Assembly: GCA_036149055.1 (NCBI GenBank)
Contig: JAYZQJ010000007.1
Span: 32,001 to 96,000 of the forward strand
From: Myxococcota bacterium
GTDB taxonomy: Bacteria > Myxococcota_A > Polyangia > Polyangiales > Sandaracinaceae
DNA length: 64,000 nucleotides
Direction: 5' to 3'
Of this stretch, positions 37,808 through 47,068 are shown piece by piece. The notes beneath the pieces were generated by a model that had not been told where the DNA came from, did no database searches, and saw only the letters and a list, made by a program, of their open reading frames with translations. A program made the position numbers and the translations under genes. How positions within the stretch are numbered: the first letter of the stretch is position 1; each line of letters starts with the position of its first letter.

Positions 37808-38961
37808 GAGCTCTCGTCCCTGCAGCGCGCGGCGAAAATGACTGCGCGCGCCTCGCCGGCGGGACGCCGCGCCCGGCGCGCCAGTCGCTCCTCCGAAATG
37901 CTAGAGCATTTCGTCGTCGGCCCGGCGCGCCGGACGCGACGTCGCGCTCGCCGATCCATCACGCGCATATTCGCCGCGCGCTGCTCGCCGCGCTCGCGGT
38001 GGTCACCCTCGGCGCCGCCGAGGTCCGGGCGGAGCCCACCACCTTCGTACACGTCGTGCGCCCGGGCGAGACGCTCGCGTCGATCGCCCAGCGCTACTAC
38101 GGCGACCCGCGCCGCGAGAGCGTGCTGGTGGCCGAGAACGGGCTGACCACCCAGGGCGGCGCCGCGATCGTGGTCGGCCTCCGCCTCGTCGTGCCCACCG
38201 TCTCCTACCACCGCGTCCAGGCGGGGGAGACCTGGGCCTCCATCGCGACGGCGCATTACGGGGATCCGCGCCGGGTCTCGGCGCTGATCGAGGCCAACTC
38301 TCAGGTCTCGGGCAACCAGCCCGACGAGGGCGCGGAGCTGCTCGTGCCCTATCCGCTCCGTCACGTGGCCCGGCAGGGCGACACGATGCAGCGGGTGGCG
38401 CAGCTCTACTACGACGACAGCTCGATGGCGCAGCAGCTGATGCGCTTCAACTCGATGCGGCGCCGGCGGCTCTCGCGCGGGCAGATCGTGCTCGTGCCGC
38501 TCCCGGATCTGCTGCTCTCGGACGAGGGGCGCGCGCTCATCGAGGACGACACCGGTGAGTCGTTCGAGGGCGGGCAGCTGCGCGATCTGCAGACGCGGAT
38601 CAACGAGCAGCTCCCGGTGCTGCGCGAGCACGTGCGGCGCGGCCGCTTCACCGAGGCGGTGGCCCTCGGCAACCACCTGCTCGGCGCGGGCGAGCTGACC
38701 GGCAACCAGGTCGTGACCATCCAGCGCGAGCTCGCCGTCAGCTACGTCGCCCTCGACCGGAGCGACCTGGCGGTGGAGGCGTTCGTGGCCGCGCTCGAGC
38801 GCCAGCCCGATCTCGAGCTCGACACCCGCCGCACCTCACCCACCGTGCTCGGCGCCTTCCAGCGTGCGCACGAGGCTCGGGAGGAGCGACGCGCGGACGC
38901 GGAGGCCGACGCGGGCGTGCCGGACGCCGGGACCGACCCGGGCTCCGACCCGGAGGAGTGA
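37804..38961 (+). CDS. triple-LysM protein with a C-terminal TPR (start uncertain)
   Basis: HVVRPGETLASIA, HRVQAGETWASIA, HVARQGDTMQRVA; in-frame GTG overlaps the kinase stop. Confidence 0.85.
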   Translation: MRALVPAARGENDCARLAGGTPRPARQSLLRNARAFRRRPGAPDATSRSPIHHAHIRRALLAALAVVTLGAAEVRAEPTTFVHVVRPGETLASIAQRYYGDPRRESVLVAENGLTTQGGAAIVVGLRLVVPTVSYHRVQAGETWASIATAHYGDPRRVSALIEANSQVSGNQPDEGAELLVPYPLRHVARQGDTMQRVAQLYYDDSSMAQQLMRFNSMRRRRLSRGQIVLVPLPDLLLSDEGRALIEDDTGESFEGGQLRDLQTRINEQLPVLREHVRRGRFTEAVALGNHLLGAGELTGNQVVTIQRELAVSYVALDRSDLAVEAFVAALERQPDLELDTRRTSPTVLGAFQRAHEAREERRADAEADAGVPDAGTDPGSDPEE

Positions 38962-38963
38962 CC

Positions 38964-41027
38964 TCACCGCCGCTGCAGGCGGAGCAGGAAGCCGTCGGTG
39001 GGGCCGACCGCGTCGCGAGACTCCAGGCCCACGCGCATGGAGCCCTCGAAGCTCCCGGCGACCGCGATCTGCCCGGCGTCGTCGACGCCGATCCCGAGGG
39101 CCACCACCTCGCTGCCTCCCAGCTCGAGCGCCCAGCGGAGGCCGCCGGTGCTCACCCCGAGCTCGGCCACGAAGCTCTCGCGCGAGCCGGCCGGGGTGAA
39201 GAACGGCGCGCCGTCCACCAGCGGCAGGTCGCCTCGGAAGTAGCCGGTGACGAAGACGGCCCCGGCGCGGACGGCCACCCCGTGGAGCACGTCCTCGCCG
39301 GCGCCGCCTCGGGCCTGCGTCCAGAGCACGGCGCCGTCGCGATCCATGCGCGCCACGAAGGCGTCCCCGTCCGATCCTCCGCCGGCCAGCGACCGCCCGC
39401 CGAGCTGACCGCCGCTGGTCTCGCCGACGACGATCGCGTCGCCGCTCGCCTCGTGCACCGCGACGCCGAGCGCCTGGTCGTCGCCCGGGCCGCCGCCGGT
39501 CACGTCCGTCACGTACGCGCCGTCCAGACCGAGCACCGCGATGAAGAGGTCTGCGCCCGTCGCGCTCCGCGTCGGCCCGCCGAAGCTCGCGCCGTCTTCG
39601 AAGGAGCCGACCACGAACACCCGGTCTCCCGACACCGCCACGCCTCGCGCCTCGTCCGCGCCGGGCCCGCCGAGGAAGCGCACCCAGACCACCGAGCCGT
39701 CGCCTCGCACCCGGGCCGCGAACGCGTCACGGCCGCCCGCGAGCGCGCCCTGGAACTCGTAGGGCGAGGTCGCCACCACGGCGTCGCCCTGCACGTAGCC
39801 GACGACGATGGCGTCGTCGCTGCCCTGGATGGCGTCGACGTCGTGCCCGAAGTCGACCCCCGCCCGGCCGTCGCGACCCGAGCCGACGTGGCCGCCGCGC
39901 GCCGCGTCGTAGTGCGCCCACCAGGCGTCGATGTTGCTCGTGCTGAAGCTGGGGCCGCCCGGAGGGCTCGTCGTGCCGCGCGCCTCGCCGGTCCACCACA
40001 CCTCGCCCGGCACCTTCAGGGTGACCCCATTGACGGTCGTGAAGCCGGTGCTCGGCGTCACGAGCTGGTCGGTCCAGGCGCCGGCCGCGTCGTAGCCCAC
40101 GACGAAGCCGGCCGTGCCGTCGGCGTCGAGCGGGGGCCCGCCGAAGTCGGCGATCCCCTCGAGCCGACCGACGACGACGATGGGGCCCGACGCGTGGGCG
40201 TCGAGCGCGAAGGGCAGGACCCGGGAGCTCGGGCCGCCGAACGCGGCGAGGCTGGTCACGTCGACCAGGACCTCGCACGCGCCGCTCACGCAGGCCTGGT
40301 GGGAGGCGCAGACGACCTCGCACGCGCCGCAGTGCAGGCGGTCGCTCTCGAGGTCGACCTCACAGCCGTCCGCGGCGTCGCCATTGCAGTCCGCGGTGCT
40401 CCGGCTGCATCCCGACCCGGCGTCCACGCCCCCGTCCGCTGGCGCGGGAGCGACCGACCTGCAGCCGACGTCCGGGTCGCACCACTCTTCGTCGCCGCAC
40501 GCGCCGGTCACCGGGAGATCGAGGCAGGCGCCGGCCACGCACTCGGCGGTGAGGCAGCTCTCGGTCGCGGGCTCGCAGTCCGTGGCCGCCTCGCACAGCA
40601 CGTCCGCCGGGCAGGCCTCGGGCGTCTCGGGCGTGCACTCGTACGGGACGCACTCGCCGTTGAGGCAGGCCTCCGCGCAGGTGAGGCTCGCGCACGCGCG
40701 ATCCACGATCGCCGGCACCACCCGGTCGCTCTGCAGGCGCACGGCGATCTCGGTGCCGTCGACGACCGCGCCGCCGGCGAGCAGGGTCACCGCGACGCGG
40801 TGGTTGCCCGCCGGGAGCGACAGCGAGGCCACCCGCAGCCCCCGCCGCACCTCGTCGCTCCGCGCGATCGCCCGCTCCACCATCTCCCCCGCGACCTCGA
40901 CCCGGACCGCGTCGAACTGCACCGCTGGCTCGTAGTCCGTGTAGAGCTCCACGAGGAGGGCGTGGTCTCCGGTACAGCCGGCGCAGAGGAGCGCGAAGGC
41001 GAGAGTCGGACGGTTCAAGGCGTCCAT
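38964..41027 (-). CDS. modular surface lipoprotein: N-domain, Cys-rich region, beta-propeller repeats
   Basis: CAGC lipobox; LYTDYEP; DCNGDAADGCEVDL..D..HCGAC; repeated DAFVARMD..G.V.W....GG. Confidence 0.85.
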   Translation of the reverse strand: MDALNRPTLAFALLCAGCTGDHALLVELYTDYEPAVQFDAVRVEVAGEMVERAIARSDEVRRGLRVASLSLPAGNHRVAVTLLAGGAVVDGTEIAVRLQSDRVVPAIVDRACASLTCAEACLNGECVPYECTPETPEACPADVLCEAATDCEPATESCLTAECVAGACLDLPVTGACGDEEWCDPDVGCRSVAPAPADGGVDAGSGCSRSTADCNGDAADGCEVDLESDRLHCGACEVVCASHQACVSGACEVLVDVTSLAAFGGPSSRVLPFALDAHASGPIVVVGRLEGIADFGGPPLDADGTAGFVVGYDAAGAWTDQLVTPSTGFTTVNGVTLKVPGEVWWTGEARGTTSPPGGPSFSTSNIDAWWAHYDAARGGHVGSGRDGRAGVDFGHDVDAIQGSDDAIVVGYVQGDAVVATSPYEFQGALAGGRDAFAARVRGDGSVVWVRFLGGPGADEARGVAVSGDRVFVVGSFEDGASFGGPTRSATGADLFIAVLGLDGAYVTDVTGGGPGDDQALGVAVHEASGDAIVVGETSGGQLGGRSLAGGGSDGDAFVARMDRDGAVLWTQARGGAGEDVLHGVAVRAGAVFVTGYFRGDLPLVDGAPFFTPAGSRESFVAELGVSTGGLRWALELGGSEVVALGIGVDDAGQIAVAGSFEGSMRVGLESRDAVGPTDGFLLRLQRR

Positions 41028-41066
41028 CGTAACCCATTCGGGGGAGGCCGTCTGGCACGCTCTGGC

Positions 41067-41083
41067 ACGGCACGATCCGTGCG
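41067..41083 (+). promoter_or_regulatory. putative sigma54 promoter (near-leaderless), preceded by TCTGGCACG x2
   Basis: CGGCACGATCCGTGCG gives GG-N10-GC, 13 bp before ATG 41096. Confidence 0.6.
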
Positions 41084-41095
41084 ATGTAGACGTGC

Positions 41096-42256
41096 ATGCT
41101 TCGCTTCCTCCTTCTCTGTCCCGCCCTCGCGCTGATCGGCTGCTACGAAGACCATGGCCTCCGCGGCGCCGCCCCCGAGGCGCCCGATGCGGGGCCGGCC
41201 GTCGACTGCGTGGAGGTCCCCGCCGAGGACCCCGAGGCCGTCCGCCCGGAGAAGGTCGACCTTCTCCTCATGGTCGACAACAGCAACTCCATGGACGAGG
41301 AGCAGGACTCGCTGGCCCGCTCCCTCCCGGGCTTCGTCCGGGCCCTCGTGAGCGGGGACGCCGATCTCGACGGGCGGGTCGACTTCGCGCCGGTCGGGAG
41401 CCTGCACGTCGCGGTCGTCAACTCCGACATGGGCACCGGCGCCCACGAGGTGCCCACCTGCGAAGACGCCCGCTTCGGCGACGACGGCGTCATGCGCCCC
41501 GCGAACACCGCGCTCGACGGCTGCGCGCCCGACGACGCGCCGTTCCTGACCTTCGAGCCGGGCGGCGACGAGTCGGTCGACGCGTTCGCCGCGCGCGCCG
41601 CCTGCCGGACCACCGTCGGCACCGGCGGCTGCGGGTTCGAGCAGCAGCTCGAGGCGGCGCTCAAGGCGGTCACCCCGAGCACCTCGCCGATCCGCTTCTT
41701 CGGCGACTCCGTGGGTCACGGCGACGGCGCCAACGCGGGCTTCCTCCGCGACGACTCGATCCTCGCGGTGGTCGTGGTGACCGACGAGGACGACTGCTCG
41801 GCCCGCGACCCCGCTCTCTTCGATCGGGACTCCTTCACCTACCGCGACACCGACCTCAATCTCCGCTGCAACCTCCACCGGGACGCCCTCTACGGCGTGT
41901 GGCGCTACGTGGCCGGGCTGATCAGCCTCCGCGAGCGGGAGCCCGGGCGGCTCGTCTACGCGACGATCGCCGGCATCCCGTCCGACCTGAGCGGTGAGCC
42001 CGAGGCGGTGAGCCTGCTCGACCTCCGGCTGGAGGAGCGGGTGGACCCGGACATGCGCAACCGGCTCCTCCCGTCGTGCGACGTGACCGGGCGCGGTCAG
42101 GCGTTCCCGCCGCGCCGGCTCCTCGAGGTGGGCCAGCGGCTGCGAGAGGCGGGCGCGCGCACCACCCACATCTCGATCTGCCAGGAGGACTTCAGCCCGG
42201 CGGTCGCCCTGGTCCTGGAGGAGATCCGGGCCGCGGCCCGGCCGGTGTGCGAATGA
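41096..42256 (+). CDS. myxobacterial VWA-like lipoprotein
   Basis: LIGC lipobox; KVDLLLMVDNSNSM, GCGFEQQLEA, VTDEDDCS. Confidence 0.85.
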   Translation: MLRFLLLCPALALIGCYEDHGLRGAAPEAPDAGPAVDCVEVPAEDPEAVRPEKVDLLLMVDNSNSMDEEQDSLARSLPGFVRALVSGDADLDGRVDFAPVGSLHVAVVNSDMGTGAHEVPTCEDARFGDDGVMRPANTALDGCAPDDAPFLTFEPGGDESVDAFAARAACRTTVGTGGCGFEQQLEAALKAVTPSTSPIRFFGDSVGHGDGANAGFLRDDSILAVVVVTDEDDCSARDPALFDRDSFTYRDTDLNLRCNLHRDALYGVWRYVAGLISLREREPGRLVYATIAGIPSDLSGEPEAVSLLDLRLEERVDPDMRNRLLPSCDVTGRGQAFPPRRLLEVGQRLREAGARTTHISICQEDFSPAVALVLEEIRAAARPVCE

Positions 42257-42306
42257 CGTCACCGTCTTCGACCTGCGCCCGGGGTGGGTTCGGGTCATGA
42301 TCTCCC

Positions 42307-43533
42307 ATGCGCGAGGTCGCGTTCGTCCTCTGTCTCGTCGCCTGCGGCGCGCCCACGGCGCCGGAGGACGCGGGATCGGACGCGGGCGCCCCGGACGACG
42401 CCGCGGCCCCGGACGCGGGCGCGAGCCCCTGTGACGCGGTGCGGGTGCCGCCCCGGACGGTGGAGGCGGACACCTCCTGGCCCTGCGGGCGGTGGACGCT
42501 CGACGGCCCGGTCACCGTGCGCGCCGGCGCCACCCTGACCCTCGAGCCGGGCAGCACGATCGAGGCGGGCGACGAGGACGCGCGGGTGGTGGTCGAGCGC
42601 GACGGTCGGCTGATCGCCGAAGGCACGCCGGCCCGCCCGATCGTGATCCGAGGCGCCGACGGCTGGGACGGCGTGCACCTCCGCGGCGCCGCCCGGATCA
42701 ACGTGGGGGCCTGCTTCGAGGACCCGCGCCCCGACACGCCGGAGTGCGAGCTGCCCGGCTGGCGCGAGCGGCAGGATCCGCGCGGCGCCTACGGCGGGGA
42801 CGACGACACCTCGGACTGCGGCGTGCTGCGCTACGTGCGGGTGATCGGGGCGCCGCTCACCTTCTCGGGCTGCGGCTCGGACACCCTCGTGAGCCACGTC
42901 CGGGTGGACGACGCGCCCGGCGACGGAGTCACGGTCCGCGGCGGGGTGGTGCCGCTCGGGCACCTGCTGGTCGTTCGCCCCGAGGGGCGCGGGCTCGTGG
43001 TGGACGAGGGCTATCGCGGCGACGTGCAGCTCCTGGTGGTGGACCACGCGGGCGACGACGCGCTCCGGATCGGCAGCCGCGCCGATCGCCCCGAGGCGCC
43101 CCCGCGGACCGACGCGCGCCTCTGGAACGTCACCCTCCTCGGCGACGAAGACGGCCGGCCGCTGTGGATCGGCGACGGGGCCTTCGCCGCGGTGCGCAAC
43201 CTCGTCGCCGTCGACTTCGGCGAGGGCCCGCGCTTCGAGGTCGAGGACGAGGCGTGGCCGGGCAGCGTGAGCCTCGCGCACGCGCTGCTCGTCCGGGTGG
43301 CCGAGCCCGGGTCCGAGCGCGACGAGGAGTGGCTGGACGATCCGGAGCGCGCCATCCACACCGAGCCCGACCCGGAGCTCGAGGGCTACGCGCCCGGGCG
43401 ATCGCTCCCGGAGGGAGAGGAGCCGTCGTTCGGTCCCTTCACCCCCGCCGACTTCGGCAACCGGCGCGCGGTCTTCCTCGGCGCCGTGCCCTTCGCCGGC
43501 GACGACTGGACCCGCGAGCTCGGCCCGCCGTGA
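42307..43533 (+). CDS. beta-helix lipoprotein, paralogue of 27959..29317
   Basis: LVAC lipobox; GATLTLEPG, GTPARPIV, YGGDDDTSDCGVLRYVRV. Confidence 0.82.
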   Translation: MREVAFVLCLVACGAPTAPEDAGSDAGAPDDAAAPDAGASPCDAVRVPPRTVEADTSWPCGRWTLDGPVTVRAGATLTLEPGSTIEAGDEDARVVVERDGRLIAEGTPARPIVIRGADGWDGVHLRGAARINVGACFEDPRPDTPECELPGWRERQDPRGAYGGDDDTSDCGVLRYVRVIGAPLTFSGCGSDTLVSHVRVDDAPGDGVTVRGGVVPLGHLLVVRPEGRGLVVDEGYRGDVQLLVVDHAGDDALRIGSRADRPEAPPRTDARLWNVTLLGDEDGRPLWIGDGAFAAVRNLVAVDFGEGPRFEVEDEAWPGSVSLAHALLVRVAEPGSERDEEWLDDPERAIHTEPDPELEGYAPGRSLPEGEEPSFGPFTPADFGNRRAVFLGAVPFAGDDWTRELGPP

Positions 43534-44663
43534 GCGTCGACCGCCCGATCTTCGATCGGCTGCCCGGCTTCGACGCGCCGTGGGAGCCGCTGGGCGACTT
43601 CCCGACCCCGGTCGAGCCGATGCGCGAGACGGGAGCGCGGCTCGGCGCCCCGGACGCGTTGTGGATCAAGCGAGACGATCTCTCGTCGCCGGTCTACGGA
43701 GGCAACAAGGTCCGCACCCTGGAGGCGCTCTTCGGGCTGGCGAAGGCGCGAGGCGCCGCCCGCGTCTACTCGACCGGCGCCTACGGGAGCAACCACGCCA
43801 CCGCCACCGTGCTGCACGCCCCGCGCGCCGGGCTCGAGCCGGGGGTGATCCTCTTCCCGCAGCCGAAGAGCCACGCCGCGGTCGAGAACCTCCGGGTGAT
43901 GCTCTCGCGCCGGCCGGCGCTGCGGGCCCTGCCGCACTGGTCGTTTCTCCCTCTCGGCATGCAGTGGCAGGCGCTCCAGGACCGCCGGGCCGGGATCGAG
44001 GCGTTCCAGATGGTCCCCGGCGGCGCGACCCCGGAGGGCGCGCTCGGCTACGTGTCGGCGGCGCTCGAGCTGGCCCTCCAGGTCGAGGCGGGCGAGGCCC
44101 CGCGACCGCGTCAGGTGCTGCTCGGGGTGGGCTCGACCTGCACGAGCGCGGGGCTCCTGCTCGGGCTCCGGATCGCCGCGGCGCTCGGGATCGGCTGGAA
44201 GACGCCGCCCCGGATCGTCAGCGTGCGCGTCACCCCGTGGCCGGTCACGAGCGCCTTCCGCATCGTCGGCCTCGCGGTCCGCACCGGCCAGCTCCTCGCG
44301 CGCATCACCGGCGAGCGTCGCTGGGGGCGGTCCCGCGCCGAGCTCGCGGCCGGGCTCGAGGTCGACGGCGGCCAGCTGGGGCTCGGCTACGGTCGCCCGA
44401 CCGCGCGCGGCGTCGAGGCCATCCGTTGGGTCCGCGAGGCCGAGGGGCTGGAGCTCGACACGACCTACAGCGCCAAGGCGTTCGCGGCCGCCCTCGCGCG
44501 GGCCCGCGCCCACGCCGCCCGGACCGACGAGCCGGGCCCGCTCCTCTACTGGTCGACCAAGAGCACCGCGCCCCTGCCCGAGGTCGACGAGGCCGACTGG
44601 CGCTGGGCCCCCCGCGCGATGACGCGGTGGATCGAGCGGGCTCAGAAGAAGCCGCGGGCCTGA
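43530..44663 (+). CDS. PLP-dependent D-cysteine desulfhydrase / ACC deaminase family
   Basis: PTPVE, WIKRDD, YGGNKVR, GSNH, LDTTYSAKA; GTGA overlap. Confidence 0.88.
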   Translation: MSVDRPIFDRLPGFDAPWEPLGDFPTPVEPMRETGARLGAPDALWIKRDDLSSPVYGGNKVRTLEALFGLAKARGAARVYSTGAYGSNHATATVLHAPRAGLEPGVILFPQPKSHAAVENLRVMLSRRPALRALPHWSFLPLGMQWQALQDRRAGIEAFQMVPGGATPEGALGYVSAALELALQVEAGEAPRPRQVLLGVGSTCTSAGLLLGLRIAAALGIGWKTPPRIVSVRVTPWPVTSAFRIVGLAVRTGQLLARITGERRWGRSRAELAAGLEVDGGQLGLGYGRPTARGVEAIRWVREAEGLELDTTYSAKAFAAALARARAHAARTDEPGPLLYWSTKSTAPLPEVDEADWRWAPRAMTRWIERAQKKPRA

Positions 44664-44926
44664 TCCGGGGTCACCCCGTCGACCGCGACCCGCTTGCTCC
44701 GCCCGGTCTCGCCGCTGGTGATGCGCACCGCCGACTTCGCCACCCCGAGGCGCTTGGCGAGGAGCTTCACGAGCGCCGCGTTGGCCGCGCCGTCGACCGG
44801 CGGCGCGGTGAGCGACACCTTCAGCGCGCCGTCGTGGGCCCCGCCGATCGCGTCTCGGCTCGCCCGCGGGCTGACCCGCACCCGGAAGGCGCAGCCGGTC
44901 TCGGTGGCCTCGATCACCACGGTCAC
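44642..44926 (-). CDS. yggU: DUF167 / YggU family
   Basis: VRVSPRA, APPVDGAAN, SGETGRSK. Confidence 0.9.
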   Translation of the reverse strand: MTVVIEATETGCAFRVRVSPRASRDAIGGAHDGALKVSLTAPPVDGAANAALVKLLAKRLGVAKSAVRITSGETGRSKRVAVDGVTPDQARGFF

Positions 44927-44962
44927 TCGACGGAGCCTAGCCGCTCGGCCAAGCTCCGCGCG

Positions 44963-45517
44963 ATGGCGAACAAGACGGGGCTGCCGGGCGCCCCGAAGGA
45001 GAAGCTCGGCGCGCCGACGATCATGGACCGCGCGCTCGCCGCGAGTCACGGCGTCACCTACGTGCACCTCGCGGTCTTCTCGATCGACGTCGACCGGATC
45101 CGCGAGGCGGTCGAGGGCTACGACGACCCGCGCCCCTTCGGCTGGGAGGTGTTCCTCACCGAGCAGTACCTCCTGACCCACTTCGACCCGGCCAAGCGCC
45201 CCGAGGAGGCGGCGTTCTTCGAGGAGGTCGTGCTCTCGATCCTCGACGGCCGGCCCGACGCGCTCGGCTCGCAGCTCTCGTTCGCGGTGTGGGACGCGAT
45301 CCAGCGCGGCCGGTTCCCCAAGCGCCTGGAGGGCGCGTTCCGGAGCTGGAAGGCGCGGCCCAAGGAGCTGGTGAAGGATCTCGCGAAGCTGTGGGCCGAC
45401 GAGGAGGCGCTCCGGGAGTCGCTCGCGCGCGGCTGCCTCGAGGTCACGCTCGAGCCGCCGCTCGCCCCGCCGACCGTCGAGGCGCTCCGGGATCTTGCCG
45501 ACCCCCTGGTCGGTTGA
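44963..45517 (+). CDS. hypothetical protein
   Basis: Host-like codon usage from ATG 44963; no motif recognised. Confidence 0.75.
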   Translation: MANKTGLPGAPKEKLGAPTIMDRALAASHGVTYVHLAVFSIDVDRIREAVEGYDDPRPFGWEVFLTEQYLLTHFDPAKRPEEAAFFEEVVLSILDGRPDALGSQLSFAVWDAIQRGRFPKRLEGAFRSWKARPKELVKDLAKLWADEEALRESLARGCLEVTLEPPLAPPTVEALRDLADPLVG

Positions 45518-45550
45518 CCCGGGCCATCCCTCGGACGAGAGTTCGCGCCG

Positions 45551-46462
45551 ATGCACCCGATCCTGTTCGAGATCCCCGGCGTGGGCCCCGTCTACTCGTA
45601 CGGAGTGATGCTGGGCACCTCGCTCTTCGCCGCGTGGTTCCTGATCATGTGGCTCGGGGAGACCAAGGAGGGCCTCGACACGGACACGATGGCCGGCACC
45701 TTCATCACGACCGCCATCGTCGCGATCGTGATGAGCCGGGTCCTCTACATCCTCACCAACCCCGAGGACTTCGGCGACCCGGCCGACTGGTTCAGGCTCA
45801 GCGCGGGCGGGCTCGTCGCCTACGGCGGCTTCCTCGGCGGGCTGCTCGGCTCCTGGCTCTATCTGCGCCGCAAGCCGGGCGCGAGCCTGCTCGGGTGGGC
45901 CGACGTGGTCGCGCCGACCCTGGGCATCGGGCTCGGGGCGACCCGGATCGGCTGCTACCTCTACGGCTGCGACTTCGGCGCGCCGCTCTCGGCCGACGCG
46001 CCCTCCTGGCTGCGCGATTGGGGCACCTTCCCGCGGCACGCCGACGGCACCGGCTCGCCGGCCTGGTCGCACCACGTCGCCGAGTACGACCTGTCGCCGC
46101 TCAGCGACTACAGCCTCCCGGTCCACCCGACCCAGCTCTACGAGTCGCTCTTCGGCTTCGCGCTCGCCGGCCTCGCGCTCTGGCTCTGGCGGCGCCGCGC
46201 CTTCAAGGGCCAGATCATCCTCACGATCACCGCCCTCTACGCCGTCTGGCGCTTCTTCATCGAGTACGTGCGGGACGATCCGGAGCGCGGCTTCTACCTC
46301 GGCTTCTCGACCTCGCAGCTCATCTCGCTCGCGCTGCTCCCGATGGTGGGCTTCCTCTATCAGCAGCTCGCCAAGCAGGCGAAGCAGGCCCCGGTCCCGG
46401 CCGAGGAGCCGCCGGCCGAGAAGCCCCGGAAGAAGAAGGCGAAGAAGAAGAAGCGCGCCTGA
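45551..46462 (+). CDS. lgt: prolipoprotein diacylglyceryl transferase
   Basis: MHPILF, YG, GGLVAYGG, RIGC...GC.FG, HPTQLYE, RFFIEYVR. Confidence 0.92.
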   Translation: MHPILFEIPGVGPVYSYGVMLGTSLFAAWFLIMWLGETKEGLDTDTMAGTFITTAIVAIVMSRVLYILTNPEDFGDPADWFRLSAGGLVAYGGFLGGLLGSWLYLRRKPGASLLGWADVVAPTLGIGLGATRIGCYLYGCDFGAPLSADAPSWLRDWGTFPRHADGTGSPAWSHHVAEYDLSPLSDYSLPVHPTQLYESLFGFALAGLALWLWRRRAFKGQIILTITALYAVWRFFIEYVRDDPERGFYLGFSTSQLISLALLPMVGFLYQQLAKQAKQAPVPAEEPPAEKPRKKKAKKKKRA

Positions 46463-46584
46463 CGGCCTGTCAGGAGGCGCCCGGGGGCGATGACAGAATG
46501 TCAGCCACCGGGGCGTCGGGCGGCCCGGATCCTCGCGGGATCGGCCTCGACACGCTCGGCACGCCGGCTGCAATGCCTGAAGGC

Positions 46585-47028
46585 ATGCAGTCCCGATTCG
46601 TGCTCTACAGCGTGCTCGCGACCCTCTTCATCGGCGGCTTCGCCTTCGTGGCGGACGCGCTGGTGGTCTCGGACGAGGAGCACCTCGGCGAGCTGGCCGA
46701 GGCGGTGACCGAAGGCGACGGCCAGGCGCGGGTCGACGCGGCGATGCGCTGGATGGATCTCTCGCGCGCCGAGGTGACCGTCCGGCAGAACGGCTCGAGC
46801 GCCACCTTCGACGAGGGCGACGGCTTCCGGCTCCAGCGGGAGGTCGAGGACGCGCTCTCGGCGTTCCGCGACCCGGACGCGGAGGTGGTCCAGCGCTCGG
46901 TCGACGTCGACGGGGAGCGAGCCACCGTCGCCGTCCGGGTGCGCACCGGCGGCGCGGCCCACGACGCGAGCTTCCACCTCGTCCGGAGCGGGCAGGGCTG
47001 GCTCGTGGAGCGGCTCTCGACGCGCTGA
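46585..47028 (+). CDS. hypothetical membrane-anchored protein (NTF2-like C-terminus)
   Basis: N-terminal TM; VDGERATV...HLVRSGQGWLV. Confidence 0.7.
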   Translation: MQSRFVLYSVLATLFIGGFAFVADALVVSDEEHLGELAEAVTEGDGQARVDAAMRWMDLSRAEVTVRQNGSSATFDEGDGFRLQREVEDALSAFRDPDAEVVQRSVDVDGERATVAVRVRTGGAAHDASFHLVRSGQGWLVERLSTR

Positions 47029-47068
47029 CCTTTGCATCGGGCCCCGGCCTCCCTATGTCGGTGTCGTC

